47,521 nt of DNA from NCBI GenBank assembly GCA_044370205.1, contig JBILVW010000001.1, forward strand, positions 1-47,521, read 5' to 3'. This document shows positions 37,822 through 45,840 of this stretch, piece by piece (within the stretch, counting starts at the first letter, position 1; every line of letters starts with the position of its first letter). The position numbers were made by a program, and so were the translations under genes. The notes under the pieces are model-generated. The model was not told the DNA's origin. It saw nothing but the letters and a program-made list of their open reading frames with translations, and made no database searches. Source of the stretch: Pirellulales bacterium. GTDB taxonomy: Bacteria; Planctomycetota; Planctomycetia; Pirellulales; UBA1268.

Positions 37822-38448
37822 TCACTCACCGTGCAACTGACGCAGGCGGCCCGAGAGCCGGAGGATGAGCTGCACCCGCTCGAACTGCTCGAGCCAGTCG
37901 GCGGTCGTGGCGGCCAATGCGTCGGCCAGCGGCGGGGCCGCGCCGCTGGCGCAGGTGTCGCCCAGCTCCATCGCAGCGGAGGCGCGGTAGGCAGAGAGCG
38001 TGCGATCGCCGTAGAAGAGCACGGGCGTGAAGTCTTCGCTGAAGAAGGCCGCCGTGGGCACCCGTTGCCCGCCGCATACCTTGAGATGGGCAGCGATCTC
38101 GGGGAGCGCGTCGCGGTCGAGGAACCGCAGGTCGATCGCCTTCGTCTCCGCCGCGAAGGCGGCGAAGATCGGGCACTGGTTCACGCAGTCGCCACACCAC
38201 GCCCCGGCGAGCACGAGCACCGGCATCCGCCGCTTGAACGAGGCGAGCAGCTGTTTCTGCGCCGCCGTAAGCGTCACCCGGCCCCGCACACCCTCCCACC
38301 GCGTCCGCTGGTCGGGTGTGGCATGGTTCGCGAGAAAGGCGTCGTAGGGGAGCGCCTGGGCGAAGGCGGCCGACCAGGCGTCGGCGGTGGGCGGCGCTCC
38401 TGCGCCGGCGATCGGCGGGGTGGTGCGGATGGTGGTGGTGGCGGACAT
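37822..38448 (-). CDS. thioredoxin-fold protein (WCGDC motif)
   Basis: 208 aa from the ATG at 38448. VLVLAGAWCGDCVNQCP is a CxxC redox motif in a thioredoxin-like context. Confidence 0.7.
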   Translation of the reverse strand: MSATTTIRTTPPIAGAGAPPTADAWSAAFAQALPYDAFLANHATPDQRTRWEGVRGRVTLTAAQKQLLASFKRRMPVLVLAGAWCGDCVNQCPIFAAFAAETKAIDLRFLDRDALPEIAAHLKVCGGQRVPTAAFFSEDFTPVLFYGDRTLSAYRASAAMELGDTCASGAAPPLADALAATTADWLEQFERVQLILRLSGRLRQLHGE

Positions 38449-38837
38449 GACGAGTGCTCCGTGCAAGAGACATGGTTCAAGGGGGGGCCAGGGTTCGCGG
38501 GCCGCATCATATCGGGCTGGCGACAAACTGGAGAAAGTACGGGCAACGCGGCAATTTTTGGCCGCAAAAAATCATGCCAAAACACCCTTGGAACGGCCTT
38601 GACCCGGCCTCTGGGGCATCCCTACTTTCCGCCCCGCCTGAAGGCCATGGGGCGGATCCCACCAGATCAGCCCCCTCGATGTCCGCGGCAGCACGGATGC
38701 TCGCCGCCGACATCGAGTGACCGGCCCTCGGCAGATTGCCGTCCAATCGCTCCCGGAAACGGTCCAGGTTCTCCGCCCCCCTGGTACCTGGGCCGTTCCG
38801 GGGGCCTTTGGGCAGGTCTCTCTCGCGCGCTGCTCGC

Positions 38838-38903
38838 GAACGGCGAAAGTCTCGTCGCGGTGGGCCGCGGCGGCCCAAATGCTCCTCGAGCTTTCGCCGA
38901 TTC
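38838..38903 (+). repeat. Family-3 structured hairpin element, copy 3 (minimal form)
   Basis: GAACGGCGAAAGtCTCG-TCGCGG-TGGGCC-gcggc-GGCCCA-AATGCTCCT-CGAGCTTTCGCCGaTTC. Confidence 0.8.
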
Positions 38904-38952
38904 GCTCGCTCGGCCTGTGGGTGGTGGAAGAGGCGGCGTCGCTCGACGTGCG

Positions 38953-38958
38953 TAGAAT
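38953..38958 (+). promoter_or_regulatory. -10-like hexamer TAGAAT, 6 nt upstream of the ATG at 38965
   Basis: gtgcgTAGAATgatcgtATG has the same geometry as upstream of aroG. Confidence 0.3.
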
Positions 38959-38964
38959 GATCGT

Positions 38965-39177
38965 ATGAGCAATCCTTCGCCGCCCGGTGCCGAAAAGATC
39001 ATTCGTTGGATCATGGTCGGCGTCGTGGCCTGGGGCGTGTTTCATGCCGTCGGTGCCTGGCGGCTCAACCATGATCCGCGGCGAATGCTCGTCGTGCTCG
39101 GCTGCGTGGCGGCGTTCCTGGGATTTTGGGCCGCGATGCTCTCGGCACGCACGCGGAGACTCCGCGGCAAGGCCTGA
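38965..39177 (+). CDS. hypothetical small two-TM membrane protein
   Basis: 70-aa ORF with two hydrophobic segments (IIRWIMVGVVAWGVFHAVGAW and MLVVLGCVAAFLGFWAAML). Ends 30 nt before the decarboxylase gene. Confidence 0.4.
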   Translation: MSNPSPPGAEKIIRWIMVGVVAWGVFHAVGAWRLNHDPRRMLVVLGCVAAFLGFWAAMLSARTRRLRGKA

Positions 39178-39207
39178 TCCGACCTTCGACGCTCGAGGAG
39201 GTGACCT

Positions 39208-40944
39208 ATGTCGACCATGAAGGGGTCGATCGTACTGGGAGCGAGCCTCGACAACGGCCTTTTGCCGCTCACGAAGCCGCGGCCGGCCGTGCAGCGGGCG
39301 GAAAGCGTTACCAGCCTCTCGATCGGGCAGTACCTGATCCGCAGGCTCTCCGATTACGGCATCCGCCACGTGTTCGGCCTGCCGGGCGACTACGTCCTCT
39401 CCTTCTATTCGATGCTGGAGAACAGCCCGCTCGACCTCGTGAACTGCACGCGGGAAGACTGCGCGGGCTTCGCCGCCGACTCCTACGCCCGAGTGAGCGG
39501 CATGGGCGCCGTCTGCGTCACGTACGGCGTCGGCGGACTGTCGCTGGCCAACTCGATCGCCGGCGCCAGCGCCGAGAAGAGCCCCGTCGTGCTGATCTCC
39601 GGCGCGCCCGGCATCGCCGAGCGGGCCGACAACCCCCTGCTCCACCACCGCGTGCGGGAATGGCGGACGCAGCTCGAGGTGTTCGAAAAGATCTGCCTGG
39701 CCAGCGCCGAGATCGTCGATCCGGCCACGGCGTTTCGCGAGATCGACCGGCTCCTCGACATCTGCCATCGCCTCAAGGGTCCGGTCTACATCGAACTGCC
39801 CCGCGACATGGTGGCCGTCGTGCCCGATCAGATCCGCCCGTTCGTGCCGCCGCCGCGGGAGAGCGACCCCGACGCGCTCGCCGAGGCGGTCGCGGAGGCG
39901 GTCGCCCGGATCGAGGCGGCGAAGCGGCCCGTGATCGTCGCCGGCGTCGAACTGCACCGCTACGGCCTGCAGGCCGACACGATCGCCCTGGCCGAGGCGG
40001 CGAGGCTGCCGATCGCCGCCACGATGCTCGCCAAGAGCGTGATCAGCGAGGTGCACCCGCTCTACATCGGTCTCTACGAAGGCGCGATGGGCCGCAAGGA
40101 GGTGACCGACTTCGTCGAGGAGAGCGACTGCATCATCCTGCTCGGCACGCTGCTCACCGACATCGACCTCGGCATCTTTACCGCCAAGCTCGACCCCACC
40201 CGCACGATCTTCGCCACCAGCTCCGAGCTGCGGATCAGCCACCATCACTACCACGACGTGCTGCTCGACGACTTCATCCGTGGAGTCGCCGCGGCGCGGC
40301 CGACGGCGGCGCAGCGGCCGCTGCCCCCCGGGCCCGAGGCGGCCGCGGGCGAGTTCACGCTGGTGCCCGACGCACCCCTCACGACCACCCGGCTCGTGCG
40401 GCGGCTCGACGAGTCGCTCGACGATCGCACGCTCGTGGTGGCCGACGTGGGCGACGCGCTCTTCGCGTCGAGCGAACTGGTGATCCGCGGGCAGACGGAG
40501 TTCATCGCCCCGGCCTACTACACCTCGATGGGCTTCGCCACGCCGGCGGCGCTCGGGGCGAAGATGGCGCGACCCGATCTCAAGGTCGTGGCACTGGTGG
40601 GCGACGGCGCCTTTCAGATGACGGGCATGGAGCTCTCCACGATCGTGCGTCGCGGCCTGCCCGTCGTCGTGATCGTGCTCGACAACAAGGGCTACGGCAC
40701 CGAGCGGCTGATTCACGAAGGAAGCTTCAACGACATCAACCCCTGGCAGTATCAGCTTCTGCCGCAGGTGCTCGGCGGTGGCACGGGCTACGAGGTCCGC
40801 ACGGAGGGTGAGTTCGACGCGGCGCTCGCGCGGGCCCTTGCCGACACGTCGGGCATGAGCATCATCCGGGCCCACATCGGCGTCGACGACCGCAGCGTCA
40901 CGCTCGACCGGCTCGCCGCCGGCTTGGCCCGCCGCGTGAAATGA
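39208..40944 (+). CDS. thiamine-diphosphate-dependent 2-keto-acid decarboxylase (indolepyruvate/phenylpyruvate/pyruvate decarboxylase family)
   Basis: 578 aa. ATG preceded by GAGGAGGTGACCT. N-terminal Pyr domain (HVFGLPGDY...NCTREDCAGFAADSYAR) and TPP-binding motif GDGAFQMTGMELST...NN. Substrate not assignable from sequence alone. Confidence 0.85.
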   Translation: MSTMKGSIVLGASLDNGLLPLTKPRPAVQRAESVTSLSIGQYLIRRLSDYGIRHVFGLPGDYVLSFYSMLENSPLDLVNCTREDCAGFAADSYARVSGMGAVCVTYGVGGLSLANSIAGASAEKSPVVLISGAPGIAERADNPLLHHRVREWRTQLEVFEKICLASAEIVDPATAFREIDRLLDICHRLKGPVYIELPRDMVAVVPDQIRPFVPPPRESDPDALAEAVAEAVARIEAAKRPVIVAGVELHRYGLQADTIALAEAARLPIAATMLAKSVISEVHPLYIGLYEGAMGRKEVTDFVEESDCIILLGTLLTDIDLGIFTAKLDPTRTIFATSSELRISHHHYHDVLLDDFIRGVAAARPTAAQRPLPPGPEAAAGEFTLVPDAPLTTTRLVRRLDESLDDRTLVVADVGDALFASSELVIRGQTEFIAPAYYTSMGFATPAALGAKMARPDLKVVALVGDGAFQMTGMELSTIVRRGLPVVVIVLDNKGYGTERLIHEGSFNDINPWQYQLLPQVLGGGTGYEVRTEGEFDAALARALADTSGMSIIRAHIGVDDRSVTLDRLAAGLARRVK

Positions 40945-40949
40945 CCCGG

Positions 40950-41175
40950 CCGCGGCTGCCGCCGCGGGATCCCCTCGCTCGCGCTCGGGGCTTGTATGAG
41001 GCGATACAAGCCCCAGGGCGCGAGCCCGGGGATCCCCTTCCCATACAAGCCCCAGGGCGCAAGCCCGGGGATCGCCTTCCCATACAAGCCCCAGGGCGCA
41101 AGCCCGGGGATCCCCTTCCCATATAAGCCCCAGGGCGCAAGCCCGGGGATCCCCGCCGCGGAAGCGGCGGCAACG
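40950..41175. repeat. Family-1 hairpin array occupying almost the entire convergent intergenic spacer
   Basis: CCGCGGC-tgcc-GCCGCGG (40950-40967). Inverted unit (40967-40998). Four forward 39-nt units atacaagCCCCaGGGCGCAAGCCCGGGGatccccttccc (41002-41153). Terminal GCCGC-GGAA-GCGGCggcaacg (41154-41175). Confidence 0.9.
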
Positions 41176-42378
41176 TCAACGTTTCAACCCCGGCACGCCG
41201 ACGGCCTTGCCGTACGCGGCCACCAGCTCGTCGAACGTCGCACCGTAGGCCGCGCGAAGGCTCTCCTCGACCGGCATGCCCTCCTTGATGGCCCGCACGA
41301 AGGCGGCGAACTTCCGCGGGTCGCGGGCCGTCAGAAACTTCACGAGGCTCGACGCCATGCCGTATTGCACGGCCTGGATGTTGGCGGCCGTAAAGAAGTC
41401 GGCGCCGAGGTCGCCGCGGGCCCGCATCACCTCCAGGGCCTGGGCCTCCTTGAGCGGCACCTGATTGCTCTGCGGCACCACCTTCGTGCCCACCCACTCG
41501 GCGATCCCTTCGTTGAGCCAGTTGGGAAGCCGCGTGGGCGACATCCAGCGGTGGTTGAAGCCGTGGCTCGTCTCGTGCACGAGCATGTGGGCGAATGCCG
41601 ACGCGTCACTGCCCTGATGACAGGCCGTGATCACTCGGCCGTCGCTCCGCTGATGGCAGAGTCCGTGCACGCCCTCCGCATCCGCCTGCATGAACCTCCC
41701 CTCGAAGGCCACGAAGTCGGCCTGGTCGCGAAAGGCGATGACGAGGCACTTCCCCTTCCACACCGGCTCGCCCCGCGGGATGCCGTAGAGGTCGCAGAGG
41801 AAGTCGTGCATCCGGTCGAGCCCCGCCGTAAAGGGCCGCATCTGCTCGGGCGGAATGTCGGTGGCCACGAGGAACTCGTGGGTCGAGTCGAGCACGAGCT
41901 TGGGAAACGCCTCCTGCACCTGCTTCACGAAGGCCTCGAGCGCCGCCACCTCATCGGCATGCTCGTCGGCCGAGAGCTGCGGCCACGGCTCGACGCCGCG
42001 CCCCTGCATTCGCTCCAGCGATTCGGCGACCGATTGCTCGTAGGCCTGCCGCGCCCGCTGGCTGCGGAGCTCCGCCGCGTTGGCCCCCTTCGCCGCGGCC
42101 TCGTAAACGGTCTCGCGATCGGCCACGATCCGGCGGATGGCCGGCGGCAGCACGGTCGTGGCCCGGGCTTCCCCCTCGGGCTTGAGCCGCAGCGACGCCA
42201 CCTTGCCGTCGCGCACGACGAGCTTCTCGAGCGTCGGCCGCACGAGCCGCTTGCCGGTGCCGAGTTCCACGAGATCGAGCACCTGCCCCTCCCGGTCGGC
42301 GAGCGCCTCGGCCAGATCCGCCCCCGCCGCGGTCGCAGCCACGAGCGCCAGTGCGATCCATGCAACGCGTGCGATCAC
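41176..42378 (-). CDS. exported HExxH metallopeptidase-like protein (DUF1570-like)
   Basis: 400 aa from the GTG at 42378, preceded by GGAGGAGGGATC. Signal-like N-terminus VIARVAWIALALVAATAAGA and a zincin motif LVHETSHGF. The start overlaps the upstream stop (GTGA). Confidence 0.7.
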   Translation of the reverse strand: MIARVAWIALALVAATAAGADLAEALADREGQVLDLVELGTGKRLVRPTLEKLVVRDGKVASLRLKPEGEARATTVLPPAIRRIVADRETVYEAAAKGANAAELRSQRARQAYEQSVAESLERMQGRGVEPWPQLSADEHADEVAALEAFVKQVQEAFPKLVLDSTHEFLVATDIPPEQMRPFTAGLDRMHDFLCDLYGIPRGEPVWKGKCLVIAFRDQADFVAFEGRFMQADAEGVHGLCHQRSDGRVITACHQGSDASAFAHMLVHETSHGFNHRWMSPTRLPNWLNEGIAEWVGTKVVPQSNQVPLKEAQALEVMRARGDLGADFFTAANIQAVQYGMASSLVKFLTARDPRKFAAFVRAIKEGMPVEESLRAAYGATFDELVAAYGKAVGVPGLKR

Positions 42379-43550
42379 GATCCCTCCTCCGTGGCGAGCG
42401 TCCGGCGGCGGATGTCGGTGCTCGAAAGATCCATGCGAAACTCCCGCTGCGACACGAAATAGGTCACGCCCCGCAGCTCCGCGGGCACGTCGAGCTGGGC
42501 CGGATCCTGAAACGCGCCATCTTTCACCCGGCCAAACACGATCAGGCCGCGGGTCCGCCGGGCGATCGTCTTGACAGCCGCGGCCGCCGCATCGGCCGAG
42601 CCCCCGTAGTAGCGCGGATCGGCGAGCCGCAGGTAGGTGTCGGTCCCCATCACGAACGTGCTCTCGGGAAATACCTCGAGCTTCTCGAGGAACGTGGCGG
42701 CCCGCGTCAGCCAGAGCCGCGGCTGGCCGTCGGCGGCCGCGGCGAACTGGGCGGCCCGATCGCGGAGCTCCAGCCAGTCGAGGGCCGGCTTGTCGACGTT
42801 CGTGATCGAGAGCTCGAAGGCCACGGGCCGCTCGGCGATCTCCGCGGCGATGGCCGCCATCCGCCGATGCCCGTCGTGCAGCGGATTGAACGAGCCGGGA
42901 AACACGAGTGCGCCGGACTGGGGCACGGCATCGTCTGGCCCTCCCGCTGCCACGGCCGTGCGTTCGCCTGCCGCAAGCTTCCGCCAGGCAGCCGGCGGCT
43001 CGACCCGCTCGCGGATCAGGTGCTCGCCCGCGCGGAGCATGCCAGCCGGCAGTTCGGCATCGCCGCCGGCCGCACCGTTCACGACGGCGAGCGCCAGCGC
43101 CGCCGCGATCGCCTCCTCGTCGGCCCGCGACCGGGCGTCCTTCTCGAGCACGAGTTCGGCCATGTCGGTCGCGGCAAGCGAGTGGGCCGCGGCGAACACG
43201 CGATGCTGGCCGCGCTTCGGCGCGACCGTGCGGAGGCTCGCGGTCACGGCGACGCCGAGGCAGGCGTCGGTGCGTGCGGACGGGCCGCAGAGCCGAATCG
43301 CACGCTGCCAGGCGGCCACGGCCAGCCGCCGCGCCGTTCGAGACGAGCAGTAGGATTCCTGCGGACCCCCGAGGAATGCATCGACCGCCTCGCGGGCGTA
43401 GGGCACGAGCCCCTCGAGCACGACGGCACTGGCGCCCGGCGTGCCCGCGAGCGAGGCGATGGCCGCCGCGCCGCCACCGCTCGACACGATCACGAGCCGG
43501 CGTTCCTGCGCTGCGAGCCGTTCGATGAGTGCCGTCGGGTCGGGGCGCAT
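42375..43550 (-). CDS. two-domain protein: N-terminal CinA/PncC-like (NMN amidohydrolase-like) domain fused to a NadD-like nucleotidyltransferase domain
   Basis: 391 aa. N-terminal SSGGGAAAIASLAGTPGASAVVLEGLVPYAREAVDAFLGG resembles the PncC signature (ESCTGG...L....PG.S..F.GG.V.Y....K...LGV). C-terminal half has FPGSFNPLHDGH ((H/T)xGH motif) and LSSTDIRRR (ISSTxIR-type motif). Confidence 0.7.
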   Translation of the reverse strand: MRPDPTALIERLAAQERRLVIVSSGGGAAAIASLAGTPGASAVVLEGLVPYAREAVDAFLGGPQESYCSSRTARRLAVAAWQRAIRLCGPSARTDACLGVAVTASLRTVAPKRGQHRVFAAAHSLAATDMAELVLEKDARSRADEEAIAAALALAVVNGAAGGDAELPAGMLRAGEHLIRERVEPPAAWRKLAAGERTAVAAGGPDDAVPQSGALVFPGSFNPLHDGHRRMAAIAAEIAERPVAFELSITNVDKPALDWLELRDRAAQFAAAADGQPRLWLTRAATFLEKLEVFPESTFVMGTDTYLRLADPRYYGGSADAAAAAVKTIARRTRGLIVFGRVKDGAFQDPAQLDVPAELRGVTYFVSQREFRMDLSSTDIRRRTLATEEGS

Positions 43551-43612
43551 GGCGGCCGCAGCGGGGCGTTCCTGGGGGCGGATATGAAATAATCATACTG
43601 GGGAGGTCGGGC

Positions 43613-43836
43613 GAGCCGTCCGCGGCTTGCGCCGCGGGATCCCCTCGCTTGCGCTCGGGGCTTTTATGGGCAACGCATCAAGCTCGGGGCTTTTATGGGC
43701 AACGCATCAAATGGAAGCCCCCAGGCGCAAGCCGGGGGATCCCCGACGCGGAAGCGTCGGCAACGCCGATGCACGGGGGAGCCGTCCGCGGCTTGCGCCG
43801 CGGGATCCCCTCGCTTGCGCTCGGGGCTTTTATGGG
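43613..43836. repeat. Family-1 composite cluster bounded by a perfect 58-bp direct repeat
   Basis: gagccgtccgcggcttgcgccgcgggatcccctcgcttgcgctcggggcttttatggg occurs at 43613-43670 and 43779-43836. Between them lie a 29-nt tandem duplication, one canonical forward unit (43715-43744) and CCGACGC-GGAA-GCGTCGGcaacg. Confidence 0.9.
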
Positions 43837-43901
43837 AGGGTGCGAGCAGCCACACTGTGGACTTTTACCGCCGCGGTGGCGGCATCCACGGAGCACGATT
43901 C

Positions 43902-44987
43902 ATGCGGGCGGCCATCATCGGCATCGGTGCGATCGCGGGCATGCACGCCCGCGCCCTGCGCGACATCCCCGGCGTCGAGCTCGTGGCGGCCTGCTGCCGC
44001 ACCGAGGAGAAGGGCCGGGCCTTCGCCGAGCAATTCGGCTGCGAGTGGTTCGCCGACGCCGCGAAGATGATCCGCCGGGCGAAGCCCGACTTCGTCACCG
44101 TGGCCACACCGTCGGGCGCCCACCTCGACGCGGTGCTCGCGGCGGCCCGACGCGGCGTGCACGTGATCTGCGAGAAGCCGCTCGAGATTTCGCTCAAACG
44201 GATCGACAGGATGATCGCCGCCTGCGCGAAGGCCGGCGTCACGCTCGGCGCCATCTTCCCGCAACGGTTCAATCCCGTGATCCGCACGGTGCACGAGGCG
44301 GCCGCAGGCGGGCGGTTCGGTTCGCTCGCGATCGCGGCGAGCTACGTGCCCTGGTGGCGCGACGACGCCTATTACGGTCCGGGCCGCTGGCAGGGCACCA
44401 AGGCCCTCGACGGCGGCGGCGCCCTCATGAACCAGTCGATTCACGGAGTCGATGCCCTGCAGTGGATCGTGGGCTCCACGATGCCCGGCCTCGCCCCCGG
44501 CGAAAACCCCGTCGAGTCGGCCATCGCCTTCACGGCAATCCGGGCCCACGACGCCGAGCGACTCGAGGTCGAAGACACCTGCGTGGCCGTGCTGCGATTC
44601 AAGAATGGCGCCCTCGGCCAGCTGTTGGCCGCCACGAGCCTCTATCCGGGCCAGCTGCGGCGGTTCCTGTTCGGCGGCCGCGACGGCACCGCCGAGATCA
44701 TGGAGGAGCAGCTCCTGACCTGGCAGTTCCGCACGCCGCATGCCGACGACGAGGCCACGCGGGCCCGGCTCTCCATCACGAGCAGCACCTCGGGCGGCGC
44801 CGCCGACCCGATGGCCATCAACTACGATTGCCACACCCGCAACTTCGAGGATTTTCTGGCCGCGGTGAAGGAGGGCCGCCGTCCCGCGCTCGACGGCCTC
44901 GAGGGCCGCAAGGCCGTGGCGATCATCGAGGCCTGCTATGCGTCGGCCCGCACTGGTCGTCCCACCCGCGTCAAGGATTCCGCATGA
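43902..44987 (+). CDS. Gfo/Idh/MocA family oxidoreductase
   Basis: 361 aa from the ATG at 43902. Rossmann N-terminus MRAAIIGIGAIAGMHA, EKP motif (VICEKPLE) and C-terminal alpha/beta domain. Confidence 0.88.
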   Translation: MRAAIIGIGAIAGMHARALRDIPGVELVAACCRTEEKGRAFAEQFGCEWFADAAKMIRRAKPDFVTVATPSGAHLDAVLAAARRGVHVICEKPLEISLKRIDRMIAACAKAGVTLGAIFPQRFNPVIRTVHEAAAGGRFGSLAIAASYVPWWRDDAYYGPGRWQGTKALDGGGALMNQSIHGVDALQWIVGSTMPGLAPGENPVESAIAFTAIRAHDAERLEVEDTCVAVLRFKNGALGQLLAATSLYPGQLRRFLFGGRDGTAEIMEEQLLTWQFRTPHADDEATRARLSITSSTSGGAADPMAINYDCHTRNFEDFLAAVKEGRRPALDGLEGRKAVAIIEACYASARTGRPTRVKDSA

Positions 44988-45817
44988 ACTCGCCGCTTCG
45001 CTACGCCATCTGCAACGAGACCTTCGGCGACTGGCCGTTCGCAAAGGGCTGCGACTTCGCCGCGGCCTGCGGCTACACGGGGCTCGAGGTCGCCCCCTTC
45101 ACGATCGCATCACTCGCTACGGAGCTCTCGCCGGTCCAGCGCGGCGAGCTGCAGCGCACGATCGCCCGCGCGGGCCTCGATTGCGTCGGGCTTCACTGGC
45201 TGCTCGCCAAGACCGAGGGCTTTCACGTGGCCCACCCCGATGCCACGGTGCGGCAGCGGACGGTCGACTACCTCGCGGAGCTCGCCCGGCTGTGCCACGA
45301 CCTCGGCGGCCGCGTGCTCGTGTTCGGCTCGCCCAAGCAGCGGAGCCTGCTCCCCGGCGTGTCGCTGGCCGAGGCGGAGAACCACATTCACGAGGTGTTC
45401 TCCAAGCTCGTGCCGGTGCTCGAGACGACCGACACGGTCGTGGCCCTCGAGCCCCTCTCGACGGCCGAGACCGACGTACTCACCACGGCCGCCGACACCT
45501 GCCGGATGATCGACCGCATCGGCTCGCCCCACGTGCGGCTCCACCTCGACGTGAAGGCGATGTCCAGCGAAGAGACGCCGATTCCCGAGATCATCCACTC
45601 GAGTGCCCGCCACCTCGAGCACTTCCATGCCAACGACGAGAACCTCCAGGGCCCGGGCTTCGGGGCCGTCGATTTCCTGCCCATCTTCCGGGCGCTCGAC
45701 GACGTCCGCTACGCCGGATGGGTGAGCGTCGAGGTCTTCGACTATGCTCCCGGGCCGGAGCGGCTGGCCCGCGACAGCATCGACTACATGCGCCGCATCG
45801 AAACCGAACTCGAATAG
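44984..45817 (+). CDS. sugar phosphate isomerase/epimerase (xylose-isomerase-like TIM barrel)
   Basis: 277 aa. The ATG overlaps the upstream stop (ATGA). AP-endonuclease-2 / TIM-barrel pattern (GLEV...VGLHWL...ALEPL...HLDV...HFHAND...VSVEVF). Confidence 0.85.
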   Translation: MNSPLRYAICNETFGDWPFAKGCDFAAACGYTGLEVAPFTIASLATELSPVQRGELQRTIARAGLDCVGLHWLLAKTEGFHVAHPDATVRQRTVDYLAELARLCHDLGGRVLVFGSPKQRSLLPGVSLAEAENHIHEVFSKLVPVLETTDTVVALEPLSTAETDVLTTAADTCRMIDRIGSPHVRLHLDVKAMSSEETPIPEIIHSSARHLEHFHANDENLQGPGFGAVDFLPIFRALDDVRYAGWVSVEVFDYAPGPERLARDSIDYMRRIETELE

Positions 45818-45840
45818 CCCCCTCACGAAAGCCCCGCGTC

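Noticed and set aside
37233-38964. Integrated genomic island or prophage downstream of the tRNA
   Set aside because: There is no integrase, transposase or phage-like gene. The downstream genes (membrane-anchored hypothetical, thioredoxin-fold protein) show no obvious compositional difference by eye. The two att-like repeats are only 85 bp apart, so at most a scar remains.
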